From contig OY740797.1 in NCBI GenBank assembly GCA_963514005.1, positions 20,026,001-20,090,000 of the forward strand: DNA of 64,000 nucleotides, written 5' to 3'. Shown in pieces: positions 13,301-26,169 of this stretch (positions are counted from its first letter, which is position 1; every line of letters starts with the position of its first letter). Below the pieces are notes generated by a model. The model was not told the DNA's origin. It saw nothing but the letters and a program-made list of their open reading frames with translations, and did no database searches. The translations under genes were made by a program, and so were the position numbers. Source of the stretch: Raja brachyura (taxonomy: Eukaryota).

Positions 13301-16300
13301 TATGATTCAACTGCTGGATAACTCTCCCCAGCAACCGAAGTGGATTATTATGGAGAAAGAGGACTGCTCCCCTTGTAATATCGGAGCGATCCTTCTTTCA
13401 CCAATGATGTTGAATAATACAAATGACAACAAAAATCCAATTATACATAGTACAATCAGAATTTGGGAAAATATAAAATATAACTTAAAATTAAGAAATG
13501 CATCTCTCCTATCCCCTATCGCTAAAAACCCTTCGTTTAAACCCTCAATTATAGATAAAGCATTTATACAATGGGAAAGAGCAGGAATAAAACTTTGGGA
13601 GATTTGTATGAAACGGGAAAGATATTACCATTTAAACAATTACAACTAAAATACAATTTGGGTAACAATCAGTATTTTAAATATTTTCAAATATGTGATT
13701 ATCTGAAAAAATATGCACAAGAATTTCACAATATGCCATCAGATATACTGGATGAAGCAATGAATACAAAGGCTGAATCAGCAAATTTAATCTTATATAT
13801 ATATATATTATATATATATAAGATTATATATAATATATATATATATATAATATTATTCTAAATGCAGAAATACCAACATCTGAAGGTATCAGAAGAGACT
13901 GGGAAAATGAATTAAGTATAAAAATATCCAAAGAAAGGTGGAAAGAACAGTTATTAAATGTGCATAAATGTTCAATTAACGTAAGACACACTTTAATACA
14001 ATTTAAAATCTTATACAGATTATACTATTCAAAAACCAAATTAAGTAAACTTTTTCCCAATGTCTCACCTATTTGTGATAAATGCCAGTCTCAAGAAGCT
14101 ACTATAGCGCATTCATTTGTCTTTTGTACAAAAATTTAAAAATGTTGGATTGAAATCTTTACAAAACTATTTAAAATAAAACTGACACCAAAAACAGATT
14201 GGATTATTTTCGGAATAACGGAAGGTAGCCCTGAATTAAATGTGTTTCAAAAGAATCTATTTGAATATGGCTTAATAACAGGAAAAAAGCTAATCTTAAA
14301 ATTCCGGAAAAATGCCCCTATACCAACAGTAAATATGTGCATTTCAACTATGTTTGAAACACTACATCTGGAAGATATGAGACTCCGTCTGGCAGGAAAA
14401 ACAGATAGTTTCTACCAGATGTGGTCTGCATTTATAAATTTATAGATTTGCTACACTCTCTCTGTTTCTACTCTTTTTCTTTAAAAGCCTTAAAATTAAG
14501 GGGTATAGTGATTGTAACAATATATATGGGATGTACACTGATGTATTTACCTCTATTGAATAAAAACATTTTTTTTTTAAATTATATATGAAGTGTGTTT
14601 ACAGGACTGGTAAGATGTAGCAAGTAAGAATTGATTTTGTTCTGCCTCTGGACCTATGACAATTAAACACTTGACTATTCTCAAGAGTGGAAATAAATAG
14701 GTATTTTTCACATAGGGGACCTGACAAGCAGGGTGATACAGGGTTAAATGCTGGACTTGATGTCAAAGATATGTTTGAGAAAATCAAATGCAAGTCTGCA
14801 ATTCCCCTGCTCATAGCTAGGTGGCAATGAGGGCTGAGATGGTAATGTCACATATGGTTGCTCAAGAGATGCAGACAGGTTAAGTAAGGTTGGCAGGTAG
14901 CAAAAAATATCACGACAGATTATTTTTTACATCATGAGAGGTTGAGAAGAGTCATTGTGCATCATTCCAAGTCAGCATGCAGGCAAAGCAAGGAATTAGG
15001 AAAGCAGGTGATATTTGTCCTCGTCCAAGAGGATTTGATTTCAAGAGTAAAAATATCTTCCTGCAATTACAAAAGATCCCTGTGAAACTGTGACTGGAAT
15101 ACTGTGTACAGATCACGTTTTCTGACTTAAGGAAGGATATACTTGTGAAAGAGAAAGTACATTGAAAGTTTGTCATATTGATTCCTGGGCAGGAATGTTT
15201 GTTTTACGGATATAGATTAAAGAGATGGGTCAATGATGTCTTGAATTTGTGTGATCCTACCGAATTATACAACATTCTTACAAGCTTTGATAGGATAAAC
15301 AAGGCTATAACGAAATCTCTGGTTGGGGTCTCTCGAATCAAATCAGAGGTACAATATGAGAATCATTCAACACTGGCATAACAAATTTCTTGACCAAGCA
15401 TATAAATGATAAACTGAGACACTGTGTCCAAGATACATTTGGAGGCACAGATGCTTCACGTAAACAAGACAAAGATGGATTGATGTTAATTAAAAGCAAG
15501 GCTCAGTGCATGAGGTTGCAGCTAAATCAAAAGATCAGACGTGATCTTGATAAGGATGTTATATCTGAAGGGATGCAATGGCCAGTTTATGTTTCTATTT
15601 CTTCCAACTGAACAGGAAGTTGCATATTGATCGTGACGAGACATTGATCCTCTGTGACCTGCTTTGTCTTAAAATGTTTCAGGAAGAAATACTCTATGAA
15701 TGGATCAATCCAATTTACATGGATATGTCGGCTCAAGCGAACATCCAGGAGCAGTTTGAAGAAAAATCTGAAATTCTTCTAAAGAATTTTTTCAAGGTAC
15801 GTGTGTGGCAGGATCTTATTCGGTTGAATTTAGAAGATGCCTCCCACACATGGATAGGAAAATGGATATGAATCTCTCACCTTGTCCATGAAAAAGTGTT
15901 TGGAGTAAATTAATGTCTTTGTTATAATGTCAATATATGATGTCTCTGATTTCACTGTTAATTGTTTTGTGATAATTATCACCCACAGATATCATGTATT
16001 GGTGGTATCTACATCTGGTTGCTTTAGGAGGCTTTTTTTAAATTTCATTGAATGAATAATGTCAAGGGGAAAAGTGGTTTTATCCCAGGTTTATGTGGAG
16101 AATTCAGAGCCTTAATCTATTTAGATTATGTTAAGGGAACAGTCAACATGGAGCAAAGTTGTGAACTGCTGTTGTTGTAGATTTAAAGTAAGCTATGTGT
16201 TCTGTACATTTCACCTGCTGTGCAGTTTAAAAACTTATAATCATCTTTAATTCACCCTGTTTATATCAAACCATCTGGGGAGATCAAAGAAACAAGAATT

Positions 16301-19300
16301 CTCAAGGCCCAGGAATCTAATCTGGATTGCAGGATAATTATTTTGTTACATCTTTTGGTTTTGTTTCAAATGGTCATTAGGGCAGCCATAAAAAAAATAT
16401 GATCCTTCAGGAACTATTCCGAAACCAAAGAAGTGTATTGTATCAGATTTCAAAGGTGAACAAAATTCCTTTTTGGTTTTATGTGAAGGTATTGGAGATA
16501 CTTTTATTGACATTTCTGCTTCCGTGAGAGTATATTAAAAAATAAATCACATTTACACAGCACTTTTTTGGGTCTTGGGAAGTCCTAAAGTGCTTCACAG
16601 CTAGTGAAATATTATTGGAATAAATTGTGATAATCTAAAATAAAATAGAAAATATGGAAATACTCAACAGGTCAGGCTGCAACTGGGGCTAGGCCAACTG
16701 AGAATTTTCAGCATTTTCTGTATTCTTAGTGTTCATAAATAGATGTGTTTGCATGGTAATCTTCCAAATGGCAAGCATGACTATATAATTGCTTATAGTA
16801 ATATTATTTGATAGATTAATGTAAGCCAGTTAACCAAGAGACCTCCACTGCTCTAGTTTAAACATTGCATTGGATGTTTTGGTGTGACTCCTAGGCAGGC
16901 AGATAGGAGAGGACTTTGATTAACAGCATCATCTGAAAAATAGAACCTCAGAGATTGTACAGTTTCATCAAATCAGCACTGCCCTTTCAGCCCAGATTAT
17001 TTAGAGCCATAGTCAAAGAAACAGACATTTTGCATAAAACGTCAACCCACTGGTTTGTATTGACCATCAGGCTTTGAAGTTTATTCTACAAGTTGTGAAA
17101 GTCGTCATGTTGGTGGGTTAATGGCAACAGTTGGTAAGAGTGTAAATTAACAAAAGCTATGAAATGACAGCAATTAGAGCATGAGAATCCAAAAAAAGAA
17201 ATAAATGAAGTTTCAAAATGTAAAATATTGTTAATGCATGGATACCACAGACGATAACAGTAAAACAAACATTTTCTGCATTTTCTGATCAGAAAGAAAA
17301 ATTTCAGATGGTATGTGAGGCTATATCTAGCCCAAATATTAAATGGAAGAGAAGAGGACCAGCCAACAAAAGGTAGGTGGATCAGAAATCTGAAAGATTG
17401 GCATTCATGAATATTAAAGATGTTGAATGATTTTTTTTAAAGCACTTATCAATAGAATACTTAATCCAGAAGCACCTGTACAGAATTTACAGCAGGACTT
17501 TTCTGTAACGTTGTATTACTCCAAAAATCAAGCCCACCTAAACCTGGAATGGAAGAGAATGGCAGTCACTGCACTTGCACTTCATTATTTCAGCAATAGA
17601 AAAAAAACATTATCTGTGCTACAGCATGTATATCTAGGCTTGTAAAAGTTTCATCTTTTTTATCCGTCTCATTTTCATTCCACTTCATGAGATCGTATGA
17701 ATCATGACCTGTTCACAGGCCCACTCATTATATTGCTCAGGTGATTTAATGGGCCTAGCTTGACCACTTTACCTAAATTTTCAATCTCTGCAGTAGTATG
17801 GTCTTTCAATGCTGCACAATTGTTTCCTTTTGCACAATAGAAGCTAACTTGAGTTTCTGCTCATAACAGATGGGTTGCCAGATTTGTTTAATGCATTTGT
17901 GAAATAAGTGACAAACCTTGTTATTGTTCAGAGCTCTGGTCTGTTTTTCCTGGATTTGTGGCATGCTCTCTGATAGCGCCTCTCTGTTTCTTAGATGCTA
18001 TGATCAAGCAGAGGAAGATGGCTTTCCTGATATTCTTGACAAATGTATGAAGCTCTTTTATTCCGAGGCCATGTTCCTGCTCCTGTCCAATTTTACTGGC
18101 TTAAAGCTACATTTCCTCGCAGCCTCAGATAATGATGAAAAAGATGAGCAAGAAGATGACCTGGAGATGTCTGATGAAAATGAGCAAGCATGCTCTAGCA
18201 CTGAAAAGGATGAGAAATCAGATTCAACATTACTTAATGGCAATGATAGCAGAGGAGGTAGTGTACTTGAAACAACAGAAAAAACAATGCCAACGGACAG
18301 TCCACAAAGTAAGATTTATTTAAAAAATATTTATTTTTAGGGATTGGCAGATGTCATCACTTGGTACTACGGCAGGTAAAAAATAATTGTTCAAGTTAGA
18401 TGATATTAGTGAAGCTGGATTTTAACAAAATTTGGTGTAGTACTGGTTTTACAATGTCCAATATTGCTCCCCTCTGAACCAAATAGTGAATACAATTGGG
18501 CGGGTTTAAAGCTGTCAACATGTCCAAGCCTATCAGTTGGTCAGAAGCAGACTACATTTTTACTCCTCTTTCTTAACTCTGATATTTCAGAAATCAGTCT
18601 GATTACTGAAGGCTCAGAAAAATGTTTAATGGAAACCTCATGGTGTGATGTTAGCAACTAAATTTGTTTTGGAGAATGCAGATATGTAGTCAGTGAGGTT
18701 GATCAGAGCCATGATGAAGTTGAATAAGTTGACGGTACCCAGACGTGGGGCCGACAGACGAGAGGCCGAAGCAAAGAAGTCGAAGCCAAAGAACTGAATG
18801 GAAACGAGGCCGAAACGACAAAAAAACGAAAGAGTACGAAGGCGAAATGCCAACTAACTGAAAGGATGGGACGCCTAAATGCAAACTAACCGAAAGGGCG
18901 GGACCCCTAAAAGCGAGAGGAGGAGGGTGAGAGCGAGAAGGGAGAGAGAGAGAGAGAAGGGAGATGGGGAAGGGGGGTGAGAGGAGGAGAGAGTGAAAAG
19001 GGAGAGGGGGGGAGAGAGAAGGGGGAGACGGGAGGGTGGGGGTCATTTTTCCACACAAGCCGTAGGTGACTAGGCAATCTAAACCCAAGCACCAAGTTGT
19101 AAGCGACCGAAGGTGCACATCCCTCGGGACAGCCCCCACTCTCCCACGGTCACCCTCCGCGGGCTGTGGGTCAGGTGGAGCGGAGGTGTGTGACGATGTT
19201 CATCCCTCCACAGTGATGTGATGGACGCGGGGGTTTGGACCAATCACTGACAAGTCCCGCCCCCCCCCCCGCAACGTGATGCCCGTTATTGGACTTTTCT

Positions 19301-22300
19301 GCTTGTAGGTGACGCCGCCTTTTGGGTAAGTGGCGTTTCGACAGAGCAGCCATTCGGTGAGTTTGCTTTTAGGTGACGCAGCTTTTCAGTTAGTTGGCAT
19401 TTAGGCGTCCCGCCCTTTCGGTTAGTTTGCATTTAGGCGTCCCATCCTTTAGGTTAGTTGCCTTTTCGTCTTCATACTCTTTCGGTTTTTTGGCGTTTCG
19501 GCCTCGTTTCCATTCGGTTCTTAGGCTTTGACTTCTTTGCTTCGGCTTCTCATCCGTCACTGCCATGTCCGCACACCTTATTTTAGATTACAGGAAATAT
19601 TAGCTTCAATAGGATTTGCTGAAATTAGCAGTCAATTAACATACCACACAGTTAAAAAAAGTCAGCACAGCTGTACTCAGTTGAATGTTGTGGATATTGA
19701 CTTCATGCTACACTGTGAAATGGGAGAAGAAAGTTGTAGCTGAAGGTCGTTCTGCAACAATTCAATACATTTGAGCAGCAGTGATCTTGGAGTAATGCCA
19801 GAGCATCAATGTGTCTATTGATGAATATTGCGTGGCAACAAAATTAAAAAATGATAAGATGGTAAAGTTAAAAATAACAATGGAGACATTGTTTGGTTCT
19901 GGACATACTCAATGAAAAGCAAGTGAAAGAGTTTGAAGATGCATCAATCAATTATTTTTCAGAGCCTGGCGTTCCTGTTTGCCGAGGAGAATTAAGACGT
20001 TGGAAAAATGGATACTACACACTTATCCATGACACCAATGTGGAAAACACAGAATTTGCCCTAGACCTCTTGTTAAACTGCGGTTGTGAAGGTAAATGTG
20101 CTGATTTTAATTTACAGGATATGTATTACACATCTGGTGTAATGCTGGATCACAACATTGCTTTTGTTATACCATTGAGGGGAAGAGCAAAACATTGTAT
20201 TGGAAATACAATGTGATCGGATTAGGAGAATGAACATGTGTATTTCTCTGTTCCAGGCTGGGATGAGGAATTTGGCGGTGTCACTTCATACATTGCAAAA
20301 GGGGAAGATGAAGAGGTATGAAATGAATTAATTCAAATTAATTTTATAAGGAGATTTAAAACTTTTGAATTAATATAGGCTTAATAAATTTTTATGCGCT
20401 GTACCTTGGTACTTGTGACACTAAAGGACCATTGAACAATTAAATGTTATTTAGCAATCCCAGTAACCAAGTCATGTTGCCTTTTGCATGCAAGTTCCAA
20501 CATACATTGCATTCTGCAACAAATTAGACAGAATACTGATACATCACGAGGATCAGTGTGGGACTCTCGTTATTTTTGATGTATGCTATAGTTTTGATGG
20601 GAACTTGGGTCTGATTAGTAAGTTTACAGATGGAATTTAATTTTGACAAGTGCAAGATGATGCATTTTTGCTCAGATAGATGCAGGACAATAAATATTTG
20701 GGTGCTAAGCAATGTTGATGAACATAGGGACCTTGTGGTTTATGCCCATAATTTCCAGAGAGTGGAAGTGCAGATAGTAAGCGTTGTGCACAAGGCATGT
20801 TTGTCTTTATAAATCAGTGGATATAAAAAAAGAAGGGTTTCAACCTGAAATGTCAACTGTTCCTTTTCTCCAGAGATAGACAATAGGTGCAGGAGTAGGC
20901 CATTTGGCCCTTCGAACCAGCACCGCCATTCAATGTGATCATGGCTGATCATCCCCAATCAGTACCCTGTTCCTGCCTTCTCCCCACATCCCCTGACTCC
21001 ACTATTTTTAAGAGCCCTATCTAGCTCTCTCTTGAAATCATCCAGAGAACATGCCTCCACCGCCCTCTGAGGCAGAGAATTCCACACTCACCACTCTCTG
21101 AGAAAAAGTGTTTCCTCGTCTCCGTTCTTAATGGCTTGCTCCTTATTCTTAAACTGTGGCCCCTGGTTCTGGACTCCCCCAACATCGGGAACATGTTTCC
21201 TGCCTCTAGCATGTCAAAGCCCTTAACAATCTTGTATGTTTCAGTGAGATCCCCTCTCATCCTTCTAAACTCCAGAGTGTACAAGCCCAGCTGCTCCATT
21301 CTCTCAGCATATAACAGTCCCGCCATCCCGGGAATTAATCTTGTAAACTGACGCTGCACTCCCTCAATAGCAAGAATATCCTTCCTCAAATTAGGGGACC
21401 AAAACTGCACACAATACTCCAGGCGTGGTCTCACTAGGGCTCTGTACAACTGCAGAAGGACTTCTATAATTTGATTCCTCTGGTTATAAAGGTCAAGATG
21501 CCATTTGCTTTCTTCACTGCCTGCTGTACCTGCATGCTTGCTTTCATAGACTGATGTACAAGGACCCCCCCCCCCCCCGATCTCGTTGTACCCCCCCCCC
21601 CCCATTTCCCAACTTGACACCATTTAGATAGTAATCTGCCTTCCTGTTTTTGCTACCAAAGTGGATAACCTCACATTTATCCACATTAAAGTTCATCTGC
21701 CCACTCCCCCAACCTGTCCAAGTCACCCTGCATTCTCATAGCATCCTCCTTAAAAATTCACACTGCTACCCAGCTTTGTGTCATCTGCAAATATGCTAAT
21801 GCGGTTGCTATTTGCTGATGCTGCCTGACCTCCAGTATTTTATGTCTATCTTCCATAAAATATAAAAGTTAAATGCTTTTGTTGCAATTTTACAAAACTC
21901 TACTTGGATCGTACTGGGCACCACACTGCAGGTACGATATGGTTACGCTGGAGAGAGTGCAAATGTTGCCTGGATTGAAGTAGTTCAGTTATTGGAGATT
22001 ACTGATATTGTTTTTTTATTTGCACCATGTTTTAAAAGAAGACAAAAGATCAATTTATAATACCATACAGTGCTGGGAGGGAAGGGAAGCCCAGAGGGCT
22101 TATATAAAGTCCGCTCCCATCTGAAAATTAGCGTTAAGGGCAAATCAGGGGGTAGGAGAAATAAAAAAGACAATAATAAATAATAATACAGTTTAAGAAT
22201 GAAAACTAAAAATATGATATTAAAAATATGAAAATAGATAAAATAATAAGGTATAGTATGAGATAAGAGTCAACAGAAGTAGTTTGAGCTCATAACTAGC

Positions 22301-23100
22301 ATTACAAAAAGCTGGAAGTCAGAACTCAGGACATGATGAGAAACTTTTTAAGCTCAATCTTAAAGGTGGCTAAAGATTAGATAGGCAAATTTTTATTTTC
22401 TCTGAAGAAAAAGAGCCTGATAACTGACCTGCTAACGCTATATAAAGTTTATGGGCATAGGTAGCTATAATTATTTCCCCGTAGTGGGAAGTATCAAACA
22501 CATGTGGCCATAAATTTAAAATGGCATTAAGGCATATTTAAATGGGATTTTAGTCAAATGTTTTTTACAGAATGCTGATTATTTAAATTTACGACCACTG
22601 GAGATAGTAATTATATTTGAGAGCCATTTAGAGAGATGTTGAGATAAGCAAAATAAGGATATGCACCTAATGTAGGCCATTAGGAATGATGCAAATGGCA
22701 AACAAAGAAATGGGGGTGTGGGGGCTGAATGACCCATTTTGGGGCTGCGCTGTTCTCTAACTCTGAATCATATGGGAAGGCTCCCTGCATTGACCGGCAA
22801 GTATCTCAGCTGGATCCTATAGTTTGCTCATGCACCCCCCCAACTTTTTCATAAGAAAAACATAGGGAATCTTGGAGTGATGGAGAATAAATCAAGTGTT
22901 ACTTTTCTATAACAAAATTAATTTATGTTGTATTTCAGTTACTTACTCTTTGTCCAGAAGACAACGCATTGGCATTGATCTACCGAGATAAAGAAACATT
23001 GAAATTTGTGAAACATGTTAACCAGAAGAGCATCAATAAATTTAACAAGAATAATGATGGCTGTAGTTTCTGGGACTTTTCCTTTGTGTATTATGAGTGA
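1198..23100 (+). CDS. OGFOD1: OGFOD1 (2-oxoglutarate/Fe-dependent prolyl 3-hydroxylase of uS12/RPS23); spliced CDS exons 2-13, exon 1 upstream of window
   Basis: 12 exons join in frame: 1198-1346, 2519-2565, 5096-5196, 6901-7017, 10127-10218, 11503-11628, 15683-15796, 17293-17372, 17995-18308, 19963-20091, 20257-20315, 22939-23100. The peptide matches OGFOD1 as I recall it ([51 protein letters not shown]-terminal [10 protein letters not shown]). HxD...H iron ligands and the 2OG-binding Arg are present. Confidence 0.97.
2074..2350 (+). mobile_element. V-SINE (HE1-like)
   Basis: V-domain core TGGAGTTTGTACGTTCTCCCTGTG...GGTTTTCTCCCACA; CR1-like 3' tail GGGCCGAAGGGCCTGTTTCC...(CTAAA)n. Confidence 0.8.
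2519..2565 (+). CDS. OGFOD1: OGFOD1 exon 3 (47 nt, GC donor)
   Basis: gatag|tcagat...ctaag|gcgagt; [16 protein letters not shown]; phase fits exon 4. Confidence 0.9.
3276..4695. mobile_element. Non-autonomous hAT-like DNA transposon inserted in a minus-strand CR1 3' fragment (about 2935-3275 and 4696-4760)
   Basis: 17-bp TIR CAGGCAC(G/A)TG(C/A)CGTGAG; 8-bp TSD ATAAGATC/CTAAGATT; subterminal GGGTAGGCA motifs. Confidence 0.75.
3426..4245. mobile_element. Tc1/mariner (pogo/Tigger-like) MITE nested in the hAT element
   Basis: TIRs CCGTAAATCCCGACAATGAAGA and revcomp CCGTATTTCCTGGCAATGAAGA; TA after the right end. Confidence 0.6.
5096..5196 (+). CDS. OGFOD1: OGFOD1 exon 4
   Basis: ctccag|g...acag|gtat; [33 protein letters not shown]. 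Confidence 0.95.
6901..7017 (+). CDS. OGFOD1: OGFOD1 exon 5 (HxD motif)
   Basis: ttgcag|...gatg|gtgagt; [39 protein letters not shown]. Confidence 0.96.
8050..9240 (-). mobile_element. L1 3' fragment interrupted by a CR1 3' end (about 8796-9160)
   Basis: ORF 8331-8681 resembles the other L1 C-termini; CR1 tail peptide 8878-9141; L1 sequence resumes at about 9160. Confidence 0.82.
10127..10218 (+). CDS. OGFOD1: OGFOD1 exon 6
   Basis: ctatag|...catcag|gtac; [31 protein letters not shown]. Confidence 0.95.
10959..11452. mobile_element. Tigger-like MITE with internal 95-bp tandem repeat
   Basis: CAGGT...ACCTG degenerate TIRs, TA at 11453-11454; repeat units start at 11112 and 11207. Confidence 0.6.
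11503..11628 (+). CDS. OGFOD1: OGFOD1 exon 7
   Basis: gctcag|...tgtgat|gtaagt; [42 protein letters not shown]. Confidence 0.94.
12169..14580 (+). mobile_element. 5'-truncated L1-clade LINE in OGFOD1 intron 7
   Basis: RT motifs [18 protein letters not shown]; AATAAA near the end; 15-bp TSD ATTATAT(G/A)TGAAGTG at 12154-12168 and 14581-14595; internal (TA)n near 13795-13850. Confidence 0.9.
15683..15796 (+). CDS. OGFOD1: OGFOD1 exon 8
   Basis: tttcag|...ttcaag|gtacgt; [38 protein letters not shown]. Confidence 0.95.
17293..17372 (+). CDS. OGFOD1: OGFOD1 exon 9
   Basis: gatcag|...aaaag|gtaggt; [26 protein letters not shown]. Confidence 0.93.
17995..18308 (+). CDS. OGFOD1: OGFOD1 exon 10 (includes acidic low-complexity linker)
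   Basis: ttcttag|a...caaa|gtaaga; [42 protein letters not shown]...SPQ. Confidence 0.93.
18734..19577. mobile_element. Foldback-type non-autonomous DNA transposon with about 170-bp modular TIRs
   Basis: 18734-18910 is the reverse complement of about 19400-19577; arms built of 16-bp units; internal GA-rich tract. Confidence 0.75.
19963..20091 (+). CDS. OGFOD1: OGFOD1 exon 11
   Basis: ttttcag|...gaag|gtaaat; [42 protein letters not shown]. Confidence 0.94.
20257..20315 (+). CDS. OGFOD1: OGFOD1 exon 12
   Basis: ttccag|...gaagag|gtatga; [20 protein letters not shown]. Confidence 0.94.
20880..21800 (-). mobile_element. CR1 3' fragment inserted into a Penelope terminal fragment, within older CR1 debris
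   Basis: ORF 21021-21623 [17 protein letters not shown]; Penelope motif halves on both sides (20830-20878, 21817-21850). Confidence 0.85.
22939..23100 (+). CDS. OGFOD1: OGFOD1 exon 13 (terminal, TGA 23098-23100)
   Basis: tttcag|; [53 protein letters not shown]. Confidence 0.95.
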   Translation, partial: LLTLCPEDNALALIYRDKETLKFVKHVNQKSINKFNKNNDGCSFWDFSFVYYE

Positions 23101-23515
23101 TTGCACTTCTGCCTTCTCTGCCTAAATCATTGCATCTGATATGGGATAAAGCGCAAAAGTACTCAACACCATGGTCTTCCTGATAAAGAAGATTTCTGTG
23201 GTAATATGTGCTAGGCCATTCCAAGATCAGACACATAATGGTCCTTGATCACAACTACATTTTCGATGGGCTGGATATTTGGTTTTCCAGAAGTTGAGTG
23301 AGGACTTATTTGACCTGCGAAAAGGTACTGCAAGTCTCGTAGAAGTGATTTACATCTTTTTTGAACAAATGTGGTTTTTATTCCCTATTAAAAATGTCTG
23401 AACAAATGTGAATTACGTCTCCCTTAATTTATTTTGTCTAACATTGACTGCACTTTGCAGCTAACTATGTTCAGTGAGTGATCTGGGTTAAGAGACCCAT
23501 AGGGTTCATACTTTT

Positions 23516-23521
23516 AATAAA
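23516..23521 (+). promoter_or_regulatory. Candidate OGFOD1 polyadenylation signal
   Basis: First AATAAA about 415 nt after the stop codon. Confidence 0.5.
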
Positions 23522-24744
23522 ATGAATCTCGCAATACACTTATTGATGCTTGCAGCAGATTTGTTGATGCTGCTATCAATATCTGGTTAATTTGATGGTG
23601 ATGTATCCTTATGATGGTAGACATTTTTGGAGGTATATTTTTGTTTACATTTCCTCTAGTTTATATTATTTTATATCTAACTTTGATTTATGGCTGTGCA
23701 CCATTTTCTTGCTGAGAGTGTAGATGGTAAATTTGTCTGTCTGCTGCCCCATTAACTTGGACGTTGGCTGCTCAACGATATGTGGGAAGCCAAGGCAAAT
23801 ATTATTTTATTTTCTCTCCATGATGAAATGATGCACAAAGTAATATGGCTTTGATCGGGTCACTCAGAGGCAATAAAGATGATTGGGAAGCAAAATCTAT
23901 ACAATGTTTAAGAGGTCATTTTCTGGAGTTTAGGAATGTGGATACATTCTCTTCATCTGACAATACTGTTGAAATATAAAAGGAAGCCTGATGCTCACTC
24001 TTAGTGCACAAAATAAAAAAGTGATTCTAAAATTTCCACACTTTCACTGTGCAGTGAAGAATGTAGATTAACTGACTGGTGTGGCTGCCATGATTTTGGG
24101 CAGAGAATGGTACCAATCAAAGATTGAGACAATAGTCCGGTTGATATTATAAAACTGGGAAAGGCAAATGGGATGTTAGTCTTCAGTGGAAAATAAGTTT
24201 GGTATAACTGTAATGAAGATATTAGCAAAATAAAATCTAGCCCTTTTAGTTTAGAGATCCAGCATGGAAACAGGCTCTCTGGCGCACTGAGTCATTGCCA
24301 ACCAACAATTATTCATCCGTTCACACTAGTTCCATATTGTTCTATTTTCCCATCTACTCTTTTGAGAGGTGAATGAAGATTTATCAAATTACTGATTGAT
24401 TCCTGAGATAAGAAAGTTCTACTGAAGGACATTGGGTCTAATGGCTCTCTGTGTTAGAATGCCCGAGATCTGGTTCTCAGAAGAAAGCAGACCTCCTGGT
24501 TCATCCAAGGCTTCGGGTTGTGGAACAGCGAGGTGGTTTTCATGGGAGAACACTCCACACATTTCCTTATGAAGTTGGTAACAATTGGTTTGTTAACCGG
24601 GAGAAGTTTATTGCAACTTGCTCCTTGATTTATCTTTCAGTCCAGATCTGAGGGAGCTGCATTCCAGCTTTTCTAATTATTGATACACCAACTATTTACT
24701 TTGAATTCTGTCCTTTTATCATGGGTTATCAAAACTCATTGGTT

Positions 24745-25330
24745 TTCATCAGCCAGAGTATTGAGTATAGAAGCTGGGAGGTCATATTGCAGTTGTATGA
24801 GACGTTGGTCAGGCCGCATTTAGCGTACTGTGTTCAGTTCTGGGCACTGTGTTATAGGAAAGATGTTGTTTAGCTGGAAATGGTGCAAAAAAGATTTACA
24901 AGGATGTTGCTAGGACTAGAATATCTGAGCTATAGGGAGAGGTTGAGTAGGCTGGAATCTATTTCAGGAGGTTGAGGGGTGATCTTGTTGAGATGTGTAA
25001 GATAATGAGAGGGGAGATGCACAGTCTCTTGCCCAGAGTAGGTGAATCGAGCACTAGAGGACATAGGCTTAAGGTGATGGGGAAAAGATTTAATAGGAAT
25101 TTGAGGGGTAACGTTTTCACACAAAGGGTAGTGGTTGACTGCAACATGCCAGAGGAGGTAGTTGAGGCAGAGACTATCTCAACATTTAAGAAACAGTTAG
25201 ACAGGTACATGGAGAGGACAGGTTTGGGGGGATATGGACCAAATGTGCGAAGGTGAGTCTAGTGTAGTTGGGACATGCTGGGTGGTGCGGGCAAGTTGGG
25301 AAAGAGGGCCTGTTTCCACACTGTATCACT
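24745..25330 (+). mobile_element. CR1 3' fragment (second, older subfamily)
   Basis: ORF 24972-25256 TRGHRLKV...FTQRVV; 3' end GGGCCTGTTTCCACACTGTA. Confidence 0.8.
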
Positions 25331-25334
25331 CTGG

Positions 25335-25920
25335 GTCAAGAGTGTTTTATTGTCATATGTCCCAGATAGAACAATGAAATTCTTACTTTCTGCAGCACAA
25401 CAGAATATGTAAACATGGTACACTGTAAATGATATGATATGACTAACAGGAAAAATTTGGATAACTGAAGAGCATGCTGACTCCAAGTTTCATGAGTTTA
25501 ATGAAGAGTTTGGATGGGATAAACATATGGAAAGCAGAGTCTATGAATAGAAGTCTGTAGGTGTTTCTCTTATCCAGGTGTTCTAGGGATGTGTGAAGGG
25601 CCAGGGAGATGGCATCAGCCATGGACCTGTTGTGACGGTAGGCAAACTGCAATGGGTTAAGGTTACTTGGTAGACTAGATTTAATGCATTCCATAACCAG
25701 CCAAGACCACTGGACGGTAGTTGTTAAGAAATTAGATCTTGTTTTTCTTTGGCAGTGGGATGATAATGGTCTTTTTTAAACAGATGTGTACCTCAGAATG
25801 GAGGAGGGAGAGATTGAAGATGCCTGTGAACACTCCCGCTAGTTGGTCCATGCAGTTCCCAAAGACATAGCCATGGGCTCTGGACCAATAACTTTCCATG
25901 GATTCTCCCTCAGGAAGGCT
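25335..25920 (-). mobile_element. Rex1/Babar-like LINE RT fragments
   Basis: QLAGVFTGIFNLSL, IIPLPKK, LNPLQFAYRHNRS.ADAISLALH, LFID.SAF. Confidence 0.75.
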
Positions 25921-26169
25921 GATCAAACTTCTGCAACAGTGACCCTGGGAGGAGTCGCCCATTTCATGGATTGATATTTCTGCATTATATAAAACAACAT
26001 TGTTTTCCATGCCTATCTTGAGCGAAGTTTTGAACTAAAAATTAAGTTTCAATTGACAACACTGATATATGTTCCAAAGGCAAGGGACTTTTTGGCAGTT
26101 GTTAAGAATTAAGAGGTTTTAGAAATAATAAGTTGCCATGAAGCCAGCCATGTTTTTTACAATATCTTG

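Noticed and set aside
18690-19139. Pro/Ser/Leu-rich ORF
   Set aside because: Translation of a GA-rich low-complexity tract inside the foldback element
19306-19529. CRISPR-like periodic array
   Set aside because: Eukaryotic intron with no repeat-spacer structure; the modules belong to a TIR
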